A stretch of DNA of 64,000 nucleotides. Source: Lepidodermella squamata. Its lineage: Eukaryota > Animalia > Gastrotricha. Numbering within the stretch: the first letter of the stretch is position 1; each line of letters opens with the position of its first letter. The DNA is taken from the NCBI GenBank assembly GCA_047495785.1, contig JBLDXI010000048.1:1178001-1242000 (forward strand), read 5' to 3'. Below the pieces are notes generated by a model. It made no database searches, was not told where the DNA came from, and saw only the letters and a list, made by a program, of their open reading frames with translations. A program made the translations under genes and the position numbers. Of the stretch, positions 12,801 to 24,268 are shown one piece after another.

Positions 12801-15800
12801 TCGCGATTTCCGAAGCCGATATCGACACGATCGGCGGCGAATTTGGGCAGCGGCCGCTGATAGTTTGTACAGACTTTAGAGGGCTATCCGCCGATATAAG
12901 ATTTATTGACCGGCGATACTTGGTTCGCGCTGAAATTGCGTGCAAAGTGAGTCAAATTGGCGTGCGGCCAAGGCCTAAATCGCGATTTCCGAAGCCGATA
13001 TCGACACGATCGGCGGCGAATTTGGGCAGCGGCCGCGGATAGTTTGTACAGAATTTCGAGGGCTATCCGCCGATATAAGAATTATGGGCCGGCGATACAT
13101 GGTTCGCGCTGAAATTGCGTGCAAAGTCAGTCAAATTGGCGTGCGGCCAAGGCCAAAATCGCGATTTCCGAAGCCGATATCGACACGATCGGCGGCGAAT
13201 TTGGGCAGCGGCCGCTGATAGTTTGTACAGAATTTAGAGGGCTATCCGCCGATACAAGAATTATGGGCCGGCGATACTTGGTTCGCGCTGAAATTGCGTG
13301 CAAAGTCAGTCAAATTGGCGTGCGGCCAAGGCCTAAATCGCGATTTCCGAAGCCGATATCGACACGATCGGCGGCGAATTTGGGCAGCGGCCGCTGATAG
13401 TTTGTACAGAATTTAGAGGGCTATCCGCCGATACAAGAATTATGGGCCGGCGATACTTGGTTCGCGCTGAAATTGCGTGCAAAGTGAGTCAAATTGGCGT
13501 GCGGCCAAGGCCAAAATCGCGATTTCCGAAGCCGATATCGACACGATCGGCGGCGAATTTGGGCAGCGGCCGCGGATAGTTTGTACAGAATTTCGAGGGC
13601 TATCCGCCGATATAAGAATTATGGGCCGGCGATACATGGTTCGCGCTGAAATTGCGTGCAAAGTCAGTCAAATTGGCGTGCGGCCAAGGCCAAAATCGCG
13701 ATTTCCGAAGCCGATATCGACACGATCGGCGGCGAATTTGGGCAGCGGCCGCTGATAGTTTGTACAGAATTTAGAGGGCTATCCGCCGATATAAGATTTA
13801 TTGACCGGCGATACTTGGTTCGCGCTGAAATTGCGTGCAAAGTGAGTCAAATTGGCGTGCGGCCAAGGCCAAAATCGCGATTTCCGAAGCCGATATCGAC
13901 ACGATCGGCGGCGAATTTGGGCAGCGGCCGCTGATAGTTTGTACAGAATTTAGAGGGCTATCCGCCGATACAAGAATTATGGGCCGGCGATACTTGGTTC
14001 GCGCTGAAATTGCGTGCAAAGTGAGTCAAATTGGCGTGCGGCCAAGGCCAAAATCGCGATTTCCGAAGCCGATATCGACACGATCGGCGGCGAATTTGGG
14101 CAGCGGCCGCGGATAGTTTGTACAGAATTTCGAGGGCTATCCGCCGATATAAGAATTATGGGCCGGCGATACATGGTTCGCGCTGAAATTGCGTGCAAAG
14201 TCAGTCAAATTGGCGTGCGGCCAAGGCCAAAATCGCGATTTCCGAAGCCGATATCGACACGATCGGCGGCGAATTTGGGCAGCGGCCGCTGATAGTTTGT
14301 ACAGAATTTAGAGGGCTATCCGCCGATACAAGAATTATGGGCCGGCGATACTTGGTTCGCGCTGAAATTGCGTGCAAAGTCAGTCAAATTGGCGTGCGGC
14401 CAAGGCCTAAATCGCGATTTCCGAAGCCGATATCGACACGATCGGCGGCGAATTTGGGCAGCGGCCGCTGATAGTTTGTACAGAATTTAGAGGGCTATCC
14501 GCCGATACAAGAATTATGGGCCGGCGATACTTGGTTCGCGCTGAAATTGCGTGCAAAGTGAGTCAAATTGGCGTGCGGCCAAGGCCAAAATCGCGATTTC
14601 CGAAGCCGATATCGACACGATCGGCGGCGAATTTGGGCAGCGGCCGCGGATAGTTTGTACAGAATTTCGAGGGCTATCCGCCGATATAAGAATTATGGGC
14701 CGGCGATACATGGTTCGCGCTGAAATTGCGTGCAAAGTCAGTCAAATTGGCGTGCGGCCAAGGCCAAAATCGCGATTTCCGAAGCCGATATCGACACGAT
14801 CGGCGGCGAATTTGGGCAGCGGCCGCTGATAGTTTGTACAGAATTTAGAGGGCTATCCGCCGATATAAGATTTATTGACCGGCGATACTTGGTTCGCGCT
14901 GAAATTGCGTGCAAAGTGAGTCAAATTGGCGTGCGGCCAAGGCCAAAATCGCGATTTCCGAAGCCGATATCGACACGATCGGCGGCGAATTTGGGCAGCG
15001 GCCGCTGATAGTTTGTACAGAATTTAGAGGGCTATCCGCCGATACAAGAATTATGGGCCGGCGATACTTGGTTCGCGCTGAAATTGCGTGCAAAGTGAGT
15101 CAAATTGGCGTGCGGCCAAGGCCTAAATCGCGATTTCCGAAGCCGATATCGACACGATCGGCGGCGAATTTGGGCAGCGGCCGCGGATAGTTTGTACAGA
15201 ATTTCGAGGGCTATCCGCCGATATAAGAATTATGGGCCGGCGATACATGGTTCGCGCTGAAATTGCGTGCAAAGTCAGTCAAATTGGCGTGCGGCCAAGG
15301 CCAAAATCGCGATTTCCGAAGCCGATATCGACACGATCGGCGGCGAATTTGGGCAGCGGCCGCTGATAGTTTGTACAGAATTTAGAGGGCTATCCGCCGA
15401 TACAAGAATTATGGGCCGGCGATACTTGGTTCGCGCTGAAATTGCGTGCAAAGTGAGTCAAATTGGCGTGCGGCCAAGGCCAAAATCGCGATTTCCGAAG
15501 CCGATATCGACACGATCGGCGGCGAATTTGGGCAGCGGCCGCGGATAGTTTGTACAGAATTTCGAGGGCTATCCGCCGATATAAGAATTATGGGCCGGCG
15601 ATACATGGTTCGCGCTGAAATTGCGTGCAAAGTCAGTCAAATTGGCGTGCGGCCAAGGCCAAAATCGCGATTTCCGAAGCCGATATCGACACGATCGGCG
15701 GCGAATTTGGGCAGCGGCCGCTGATAGTTTGTACAGAATTTAGAGGGCTATCCGCCGATACAAGAATTATGGGCCGGCGATACTTGGTTCGCGCTGAAAT

Positions 15801-18800
15801 TGCGTGCAAAGTCAGTCAAATTGGCGTGCGGCCAAGGCCTAAATCGCGATTTCCGAAGCCGATATCGACACGATCGGCGGCGAATTTGGGCAGCGGCCGC
15901 TGATAGTTTGTACAGAATTTAGAGGGCTATCCGCCGATACAAGAATTATGGGCCGGCGATACTTGGTTCGCGCTGAAATTGCGTGCAAAGTGAGTCAAAT
16001 TGGCGTGCGGCCAAGGCCAAAATCGCGATTTCCGAAGCCGATATCGACACGATCGGCGGCGAATTTGGGCAGCGGCCGCTGATAGTTTGTACAGAATTTC
16101 GAGGGCTATCCGCCGATATAAGAATTATGGGCCGGCGATACATGGTTCGCGCTGAAATTGCGTGCAAAGTCAGTCAAATTGGCGTGCGGCCAAGGCCAAA
16201 ATCGCGATTTCCGAAGCCGATATCGACACGATCGGCGGCGAATTTGGGCAGCGGCCGCTGATAGTTTGTACAGAATTTAGAGGGCTATCCGCCGATATAA
16301 GATTTATTGACCGGCGATACTTGGTTCGCGCTGAAATTGCGTGCAAAGTGAGTCAAATTGGCGTGCGGCCAAGGCCTAAATCGCGATTTCCGAAGCCGAT
16401 ATCGACACGATCGGCGGCGAATTTGGGCAGCGGCCGCTGATAGTTTGTACAGAATTTAGAGGGCTATCCGCCGATACAAGAATTATGGGCCGGCGATACT
16501 TGGTTCGCGCTGAAATTGCGTGCAAAGTGAGTCAAATTGGCGTGCGGCCAAGGCCTAAATCGCGATTTCCGAAGCCGATATCGACACGATCGGCGGCGAA
16601 TTTGGGCAGCGGCCGCGGATAGTTTGTACAGAATTTCGAGGGCTATCCGCCGATATAAGAATTATGGGCCGGCGATACATGGTTCGCGCTGAAATTGCGT
16701 GCAAAGTCAGTCAAATTGGCGTGCGGCCAAGGCCAAAATCGCGATTTCCGAAGCCGATATCGACACGATCGGCGGCGAATTTGGGCAGCGGCCGCTGATA
16801 GTTTGTACAGAATTTAGAGGGCTATCCGCCGATACAAGAATTATGGGCCGGCGATACTTGGTTCGCGCTGAAATTGCGTGCAAAGTGAGTCAAATTGGCG
16901 TGCGGCCAAGGCCTAAATCGCGATTTCCGAAGCCGATATCGACACGATCGGCGGCGAATTTGGGCAGCGGCCGCGGATAGTTTATACAGAATTTCGAGGG
17001 CTATCCGCCGATATAAGAATTATGGGCCGGCGATACATGGTTCGCGCTGAAAATGCGTGCAAAGTCAGTCAAATTGGCGTGCGGCCAAGGCCTAAATCGC
17101 GATTTCCGAAGCCGATATCGACACGATCGGCGGCGAATATGGGCAGCGGCCGCGGATAGTTTGTACAGAATTTCGAGGGCTATCCGCCGATATAAGAATT
17201 ATGGGCCGGCGATACATGGTTCGCGCTGAAATTGCGTGCAAAGTCAGTCAAATTGGCGTGCGGCCAAGGCCAAAATCGCGATTTCCGAAGCCGATATCGA
17301 CACGATCGGCGGCGAATTTGGGCAGCGGCCGCTGATAGTTTGTACAGAATTTAGAGGGCTATCCGCCGATACAAGAATTATGGGCCGGCGATACTTGGTT
17401 CGCGCTGAAATTGCGTGCAAAGTGAGTCAAATTGGCGTGCGGCCAAGGCCAAAATCGCGATTTCCGAAGCCGATATCGACACGATCGGCGGCGAATTTGG
17501 GCAGCGGCCGCGGATAGTTTGTACAGAATTTCGAGGGCTATCCGCCGATATAAGAATTATGGGCCGGCGATACATGGTTCGCGCTGAAATTGCGTGCAAA
17601 GTGAGTCAAATTGGCGTGCGGCCAAGGCCAAAATCGCGATTTCCGAAGCCGATATCGACACGATCGGCGGCGAATTTGGGCAGCGGCCGCTGATAGTTTG
17701 TACAGAATTTCGAGGGCTATCCGCCGATACAAGAATTATGGGCCGGCGATACTTGGTTCGCGCTGAAATTGCGTGCAAAGTCAGTCAAATTGGCGTGCGG
17801 CCAAGGCCAAAATCGCGATTTCCGAAGCCGATATCGACACGATCGGCGGCGAATTTGGGCAGCGGCCGCGGATAGTTTGTACAGAATTTAGAGGGCTATC
17901 CGCCGATATAAGAATTATGGGCCGGCGATACATGGTTCGCGCTGAAATTGCGTGCAAAGTCAGTCAAATTGGCGTGCGGCCAAGGCCCAAATCGCGATTT
18001 CCGAAGCCGATATCGACACGATCGGCGGCGAATATGGGCAGCGGCCGCGGATAGTTTGTACAGAATTTCGAGGGCTATCCGCCGATATAAGAATTATGGG
18101 CCGGCGATACATGGTTCGCGCTGAAATTGCGTGCAAAGTCAGTCAAATTGGCGTGCGGCCAAGGCCAAAATCGCGATTTCCGAAGCCGATATCGACACGA
18201 TCGGCGGCGAATTTGGGCAGCGGCCGCTGATAGTTTGTACAGAATTTCGAGGGCTATCCGCCGATACAAGAATTATGGGCCGGCGATACTTGGTTCGCGC
18301 TGAAATTGCGTGCAAAGTGAGTCAAATTGGCGTGCGGCCAAGGCCTAAATCGCGATTTCCGAAGCCGATATCGACACGATCGGCGGCGAATTTGGGCAGC
18401 GGCCGCGGATAGTTTATACAGAATTTCGAGGGCTATCCGCCGATATAAGAATTATGGGCCGGCGATACATGGTTCGCGCTGAAAATGCGTGCAAAGTCAG
18501 TCAAATTGGCGTGCGGCCAAGGCCTAAATCGCGATTTCCGAAGCCGATATCGACACGATCGGCGGCGAATATGGGCAGCGGCCGCGGATAGTTTGTACAG
18601 AATTTAGAGGGCTATCCGCCGATATAAGAATTATGGGCCGGCGATACATGGTTCGCGCTGAAATTGCGTGCAAAGTCAGTCAAATTGGCGTGCGGCCAAG
18701 GCCAAAATCGCGATTTCCGAAGCCGATATCGACACGATCGGCGGCGAATTTGGGCAGCGGCCGCTGATAGTTTGTACAGAATTTAGAGGGCTATCCGCCG

Positions 18801-19407
18801 ATACAAGAATTATGGGCCGGCGATACTTGGTTCGCGCTGAAATTTCGTGCAAAGTGAGTCAAATTGGCGTGCGGCCAAGGCCAAAATCGCGATTTCCGAA
18901 GCCGATATCGACACGATCGGCGGCGAATATGGGCAGCGGCCGCGGATAGTTTGTACAGAATTTAGAGGGCTATCCGCCGATATAAGAATTATGGGCCGGC
19001 GATACATGGTTCGCGCTGAAATTGCGTGCAAAGTCAGTCAAATTGGCGTGCGGCCAAGGCCTAAATCGCGATTTCCGAAGCCGATATCGACACGATCGGC
19101 GGCGAATATGGGCAGCGGCCGCGGATAGTTTGTACAGAATTTCGAGGGCTATCCGCCGATATAAGAATTATGGGCCGGCGATACTTGGTTCGCGCTGAAA
19201 TTGCGTGCAAAGTCAGTCAAATTGGCGTGCGGCCAAGGCCAAAATCGCGATTTCCGAAGCCGATATCGACACGATCGGCGGCGAATTTGGGCAGCGGCCG
19301 CTGATAGTTTGTACAGACTTTAGAGGACTATCCGCCGATATAAGATTTATTGACCGGCGATACTTGGTTCGCGCTGAAATTGCGTGCAAAGTGAGTCAAA
19401 TTGGCGT
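872..19407 (+). repeat. 179-bp tandem satellite DNA array, ~103.5 monomers
   Basis: Head-to-tail monomer ttatacagaatttcgagggctatccgccgatataag...gggcagcggccgcggatagt. Equivalent positions 947 and 19384 are exactly 103x179 apart. Monomers differ only by substitutions at about 15 recurrent sites plus a few singletons. Confidence 0.99.
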
Positions 19408-19487
19408 ACAAAATCGAAACGCCATTCGTATTTTTTTTGTGTCACACCTGATTCTCTGAAATGTTCACTCTGCCTGCTTGGAACTAT

Positions 19488-19712
19488 AGTCCAGCACGCG
19501 CTCACGACTTTGTCAATTTTTGTTAGCTGTTTGAGTCCATTTTCAGGACCGTGCTGGATGAATGAGGTGTGTCACACGACTTCGTGCTGGATGATTTTCG
19601 AGTAGGTGCTGGATAGCAAATCGCGTGTCCAGCACACTTTTTTCAGGCACTTTCCAGCACAACCCAGCTTTGTCCAGCTCACGTCCAGCACCAACCAGCC
19701 TTGTGCTGGGTA
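19488..19712. mobile_element. MITE/foldback-like segment built from CCAGCAC/GTGCTGG words
   Basis: ccagcac at ~19491, 19629, 19654, 19685; its complement gtgctgg at ~19551, 19584, 19607, 19703. Ends gtgctgggta. No coding capacity. Confidence 0.45.
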
Positions 19713-20538
19713 AAATTGAAGATTTCTAAATGATTTTATTTTTTTTTTCATTTCAATATATCCAGATGATCCGTCTTAACGCTCCTTGTCATTTGATCGT
19801 GATTTTAGCTGCGTGAATAGAAAATCGAGGGTTGATAACAGATCAATAACAATTCCCGAACGGGTCGATATTAACCCTATGTCGGCCACGAGGATTATTT
19901 CTGAATGTCTGAATTATTACTTATCGACGTTGGCATCTGGGATTCCAACCAATCACGTCGCCATAGCATACGCACTGCTTCGACTCTGCAGCCATTTTGA
20001 ATTACCAGTTGGTAACTGAGGCTTTAGTTTCTGATTTAGTTGTTTAGTCTTTGTAACATAGAGATCAGATTAATCAGGTTAATCTATGGTCTGAAATAAC
20101 ACGGCGACTATGTTTCATCATTCAGTCAATATGGGCTTTTTCTCAACTCATATATATCTTGAGAGCTGCGAACTTGAATAACTTCTGCGACACATGAAAC
20201 TACTTATTTCCGAATTCTGGTACCGTGTCCGCTTCAAGCATTGCCCAGTCGCTAAAATCCGCCCACGACCGAGGGTGACGGGTCAAGTTGGTTCGAAAGC
20301 TTGAAAAAACGAACCCCGGAATATATTTCCAAGTAATATTATACTAATTTTCAGGAAACATGCGAAAGAAGTAGGCAAGCCGTACCTTCGAAATCTTCAT
20401 TGCCTTCAATGCTTCATTCATATGTGCCTTTGTAACCAGTGCAATATTTATTGGCTAATGTCGCAGGACGTTTTTGAGGTTATAGCTAAAATGCTCATAA
20501 TCAATGTCCCCCGTTTCGGGTTCCTTTTTTTCTTCCGT

Positions 20539-20640
20539 AAACACAATAGATAGTTGTTAACCGCAGTAATTTTTTCTTGCATTATTGTCTGAGCAAATAC
20601 GCCCTCAGATCACGAGAGGACGCATCGCATAAATAGCAAC
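20539..20640 (+). promoter_or_regulatory. Conserved proximal promoter of acidic precursor gene A, with TATA-like cataaatag
   Basis: gtctgagcaaatacgccc.cagatca.gaga...gcatcgcataaatag and aaacacaatag.ta.ttgttaacc are shared with ~25835-25935 upstream of the paralogue, while the introns have diverged. Confidence 0.6.
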
Positions 20641-20670
20641 TGAATCTAGAACGAAGGGACATGCGCAAAA

Positions 20671-21259
20671 ATGAGCCGAATTTACCTTGTGATCGCAATT
20701 GCATTCTTCTTGTTGGGAGCCGTCCTTTCGGCTCCGCTGAAGGTTTGTTAAATACTTTGAGATGATGTTTGTATCCTCACCATAAAGTTTCGACATAGTC
20801 GGCTGAATCGAGCGAAGATCCCGCTTCTAACAGCGACTCGAACAGCGCTGATTCTCAGGAAGATGTGAAGAAACAGCAAAAACGTGATACGCAAGCTGTT
20901 CAAGACGTTAGTCTCTTCTAACACTCATATTTCCACAACATATTATTGCCAATTCGTTTAACGCAGTCTTCTGCAGAATCCAGCGAAGAGAAAACTGCAC
21001 AGAGCGCGGAAGAAGACAACTCATCGGAGGAGGATGTTAAAAAGCAAGTCAAGCGTGATACCCAGGCAGCTAAGCAGGTAGGATATGGTTATAGCTTTCC
21101 CTAGATATCCCCATAACCTGGGTTCTGTCTCACTAGGATTCGAATTCTGCTAGTAACTCAGCCGGTTCCAGCGTTGAGGCTTCGGCTGAGGTTGGCGCAC
21201 AAGCGAGTGCTGAAGATTCATCCGCCGAATCGTCTGAGGAAATCAAGCCATCGGCTTAA
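20671..21259 (+). CDS. Secreted acidic Ser/Glu/Ala-rich precursor protein, paralogue A (137 aa)
   Basis: Exons 20671-20742, 20799-20906, 20967-21077, 21137-21259, all phase-0 GT-AG. Signal peptide MSRIYLVIAIAFFLLGAVLS-APLK; repeated SAESSE(E) and DVKKQxKR-DTQA. AATAAA near 21359. Same exon structure in paralogue B. Confidence 0.9.
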
Positions 21260-22258
21260 AAAGTCTCGGCCTTTAGAATCAATTTTAACTATAAATATCT
21301 GACCTTTTTGCCCTATAACTTCGAGAAATTTCGAGCATTTCAGCCCACTTGAGGTCAAATAAACGGCTCACCTTTTGAGAATTAGGTATGTTTGCTATTG
21401 ATCATCGATCGGAGACATAATATCTGCAGGTGAAATAATTAGCCAAATCATTGGGCGTGGGAGATGGCGATATAATACACTAATATTCAGGATTCTAGAT
21501 TTTCTAGAATAGCATTGAGTCCTATATATTCCGGTATACTACGTGGTATGCCACAAAATTGAAGGTTAGGAGAATCCAGGATAGGGAGAAGTGTAGTTTC
21601 CAAAAGGACTGTTGCCTATTCATGTGCTGAAATGTCGAAGGGAGCGGAACGGAATCTTGCTAAAAGTGAAGGTAGCAATTGCTTACGTTCGGGAAAGCCC
21701 GTTTTACAGGGTAGAGAATGTGCAAAATCGATCTCAGACTGGTAATATTGAAATGATTATCTTTATTTCGAAAAATATACTACCGGTAAAAAGAATTCGT
21801 GGTTCCAAAAGCGGGCACGCAGGCTGTGGTCTGGTCGTCTGGTGACTTGGCGGTGCCGTATGCGTCACGTGTAACTGCGGAATCGTAACGGATTGAACTT
21901 TGAACGGCGCTTGAATCCTGTCGGGTCAAACTCAGCTCTGAACTTGAAAATGCTCACGAGTCTATTCAATAGGTCACGGGATGCATTCATTTGTGCCACG
22001 TGCCATATATGTTATGTAGGAGATGTGGCTCAATAGACGATATGAAAAACAGAAAACAAAGGTGTGAGACAACAACGCTTCATCATCTTGAATTTATTCT
22101 CAGCGACTTTCGGATAATAGTTATAATAGGCAAAAGCATGACCAGGAAGTAGGAACTGAACTCTATTCTGAAGGAAGGGGGAGAGGAATGAGCGCAAAAA
22201 TTGTTAAGAGTTAGGAAGATTCCAAGGTTATTGAAACTCCGACCCTCTTCGGTTCCAG

Positions 22259-23905
22259 TTACCATGCTACTACGCAGCGTTCCGCCATCCGGGAGTTGAG
22301 CAAATCCCAAGTTCCAGCTGAGAATTTGCTTCTTCTGCTGAATTTGAATCGGCTTAAAAGTCCACCTTTCCGTGCGAACTGATCACATCTCTCAAGAAGA
22401 AATTTGAAAACAGATTCGCGGCCATGCTCTGCAGCCAAATTTAGAGCTGTCTGATTTAATGTTCTCCCGATGAGGAACATATCAGCACCGTTAGCCAGTA
22501 GAATTCTCACTGCGTCCAAGTATCCGGCTTTGGAAGCGTACATCAGCGCAGACCAAGATTCGGAATCGACAGCATTCACATATGCCCCGCGGGAAAGTAA
22601 AAGCCTGATCATAGCAGCGTCATTGCTCTTCGTAGCGTAATGAATTGGCCTCAGCTGTTGTTTATCGAGCGCATTAACCCTTGCTCCGGCATCGATTAGG
22701 ACCTTTGCGAGTTCGATGTTGGAATTCCAAACTGCAGCCATAAGAGGTGTCCTCCCATGTCCATCTCTAGAATCAACATAGGCTCCTTCTTTCAGCAAAA
22801 TTTGCGCAATTTCGGGTCTCTTATACCCGTCCTTAGTGCAGTAAGCAGTAATGAACAACAAGGTAAAGTCGTGAGGACCTGGTTGTTTGCATTCGTCAAA
22901 TTGATGGGGCCAACGCCAGTTAGGATTGAATTTGCCATCTTCTTCTTTGATCCTTTTAATGAAGTGTGTAACACCGGTAACATTGGCCTGGACGTCCAAG
23001 CGGTAGGCGAGCCCCTGATACATGCAGCCAATCGGGTCCAGCCATGCGGCTAATCTTTCCTGAAAAGTAAATATGAGTAGATTGTTTTTTATCATACTGA
23101 TACTGATACTGATACTGTTTTATTTTGCAATTTGTCTTTCAACATTTAGCAATTAGGAATTAACAAAACGTTAAGTTATGGCGCCTCACCACAGAAATTG
23201 TGTATTTTTCCAAGTCAGTACATTTAAGATATTTCAAGAATGAAGAATACGAATTATTAACGACGGAAGATGGTAGCCTGTTCCAAGCTGGACGCACTCG
23301 CCTCACAAATGAAAACTGAGAGCTGGCATGACTGTAGCTTTCCATCGTAACAGAATGATGCGGTAAGCGCGGATTAGTGGAAATATTAAAGAAGTCAGAG
23401 AAATTTAAGTCCACAGCACGCTGGTACATTTTATGACATAACGCAAGATCGTGTTGGTAGCGTCTTAATTCGAGTGAACACAAACCAAGCTTTTTTAGTC
23501 GTTCTTCATAGGAGGAGCCTTCGATCGATGAGTAGTAGGTACTACGATATAGCAAACGTTTTGTGAAGCGGATTTGAATCGATTCGACCTTTTCAATATC
23601 TGTTATTAGGTAAGGTGAGTAAACAGACGGGCAAAAGTCAAGACGAGATAAAGTATACGTTTTATAGGCTTTGAGACGTAAGGATTTAGAGGCGAACGAT
23701 TTACAAATAACACCGTTAATTCTGTGGCATTTAGTTGCCAATGCGTTACAGTGCTCAGAGAAGGTGAGATTTTTATCAATAATTATTCTATTAATCATAA
23801 TAGAGAAATATTCACATCTTTAAATTTCATGACAAAACTTGTACATGCTTCCGCCGAGTAAAATGCTTGGCAGAGTATCAGCACTAAAATCCAGCATGTA
23901 ACCAT
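22259..23905 (-). CDS. Ankyrin-repeat protein with predicted signal peptide, copy 1 (~296 aa)
   Basis: Exon 1 23905-23816 (MVTCWILVLILCQAFYSAEACTSFVMKFKD, donor GTGAAT) joins in phase 0 to exon 2 23059-22259 (acceptor ttttcag). About 5 ankyrin repeats (GRTPLMAAVW, RPIHYAT, SALMYASKAG, TALNLAAEHG, LLxxGAxVN). Confidence 0.85.
23093..23798 (-). mobile_element. 5'-truncated non-LTR retrotransposon (CR1/L2-like RT C-terminus) in ankyrin intron 1
   Basis: ORF 23160-23798 has IIIDKNLTFSEH, YKTYTLSRLDFCPSVYSP, IEKVESIQIRFTKR, YEERLKKLGLCSLELRR and FSFVRRVRPAWNRLP, typical of the CR1-group ORF2 end. It is followed by AATAAA and a (CAGTAT)4 tail at ~23117-23094. Confidence 0.9.
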
Positions 23906-24268
23906 TTTCAATCAATAGCGAGCTACATAATGTGCACAGCCATCCACGATGGATCATGAAAAATGTTAGTAACCACGCGATTCAATCACGCGATGAATTT
24001 CAATGATTTCAAGCCGCGTCAAACTGATAGGTTATTCAAGTTCTTCCCTTCGAGCTTTTGGCAAAATATATGTGAGTCCCGGCATCATTAGAGTTTATTA
24101 TTAATTAGCATCTCATATCGCAGAGTGTCCTATGCAGCTACCCCGTGATCTCTTTTGTTAAATTAGGATAGGTTTCTATTTCAATAAATGACCTAATTTT
24201 AACACATATCAGTCAAGGGCTGGTTGATTGATGAAGCCTAGAATGGGCGGTGTTCTGTATGTTTGGGT

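Noticed and set aside
872-19407. CRISPR array, or tandem tRNA/5S gene array
   Set aside because: No unique spacers and a eukaryotic context. tggcgtgcggccaagg and ggttcgcg only loosely resemble Pol III A/B boxes, with wrong spacing and no cloverleaf or 5S similarity that I can see.
947-19605. Dozens of near-identical 60-93-aa ORFs (MQSQSNWRAAKAK...)
   Set aside because: Artefacts of the 179-bp satellite: the period is not a multiple of 3, starts are mostly GTG/TTG, and a common variant (cctaaa) creates a stop.
23060-23095. Track start MIKNNLLIFTFQ for ankyrin 1
   Set aside because: Intronic sequence ending in a ttttcag acceptor; a signal-peptide exon at 23905-23816 joins in frame instead.
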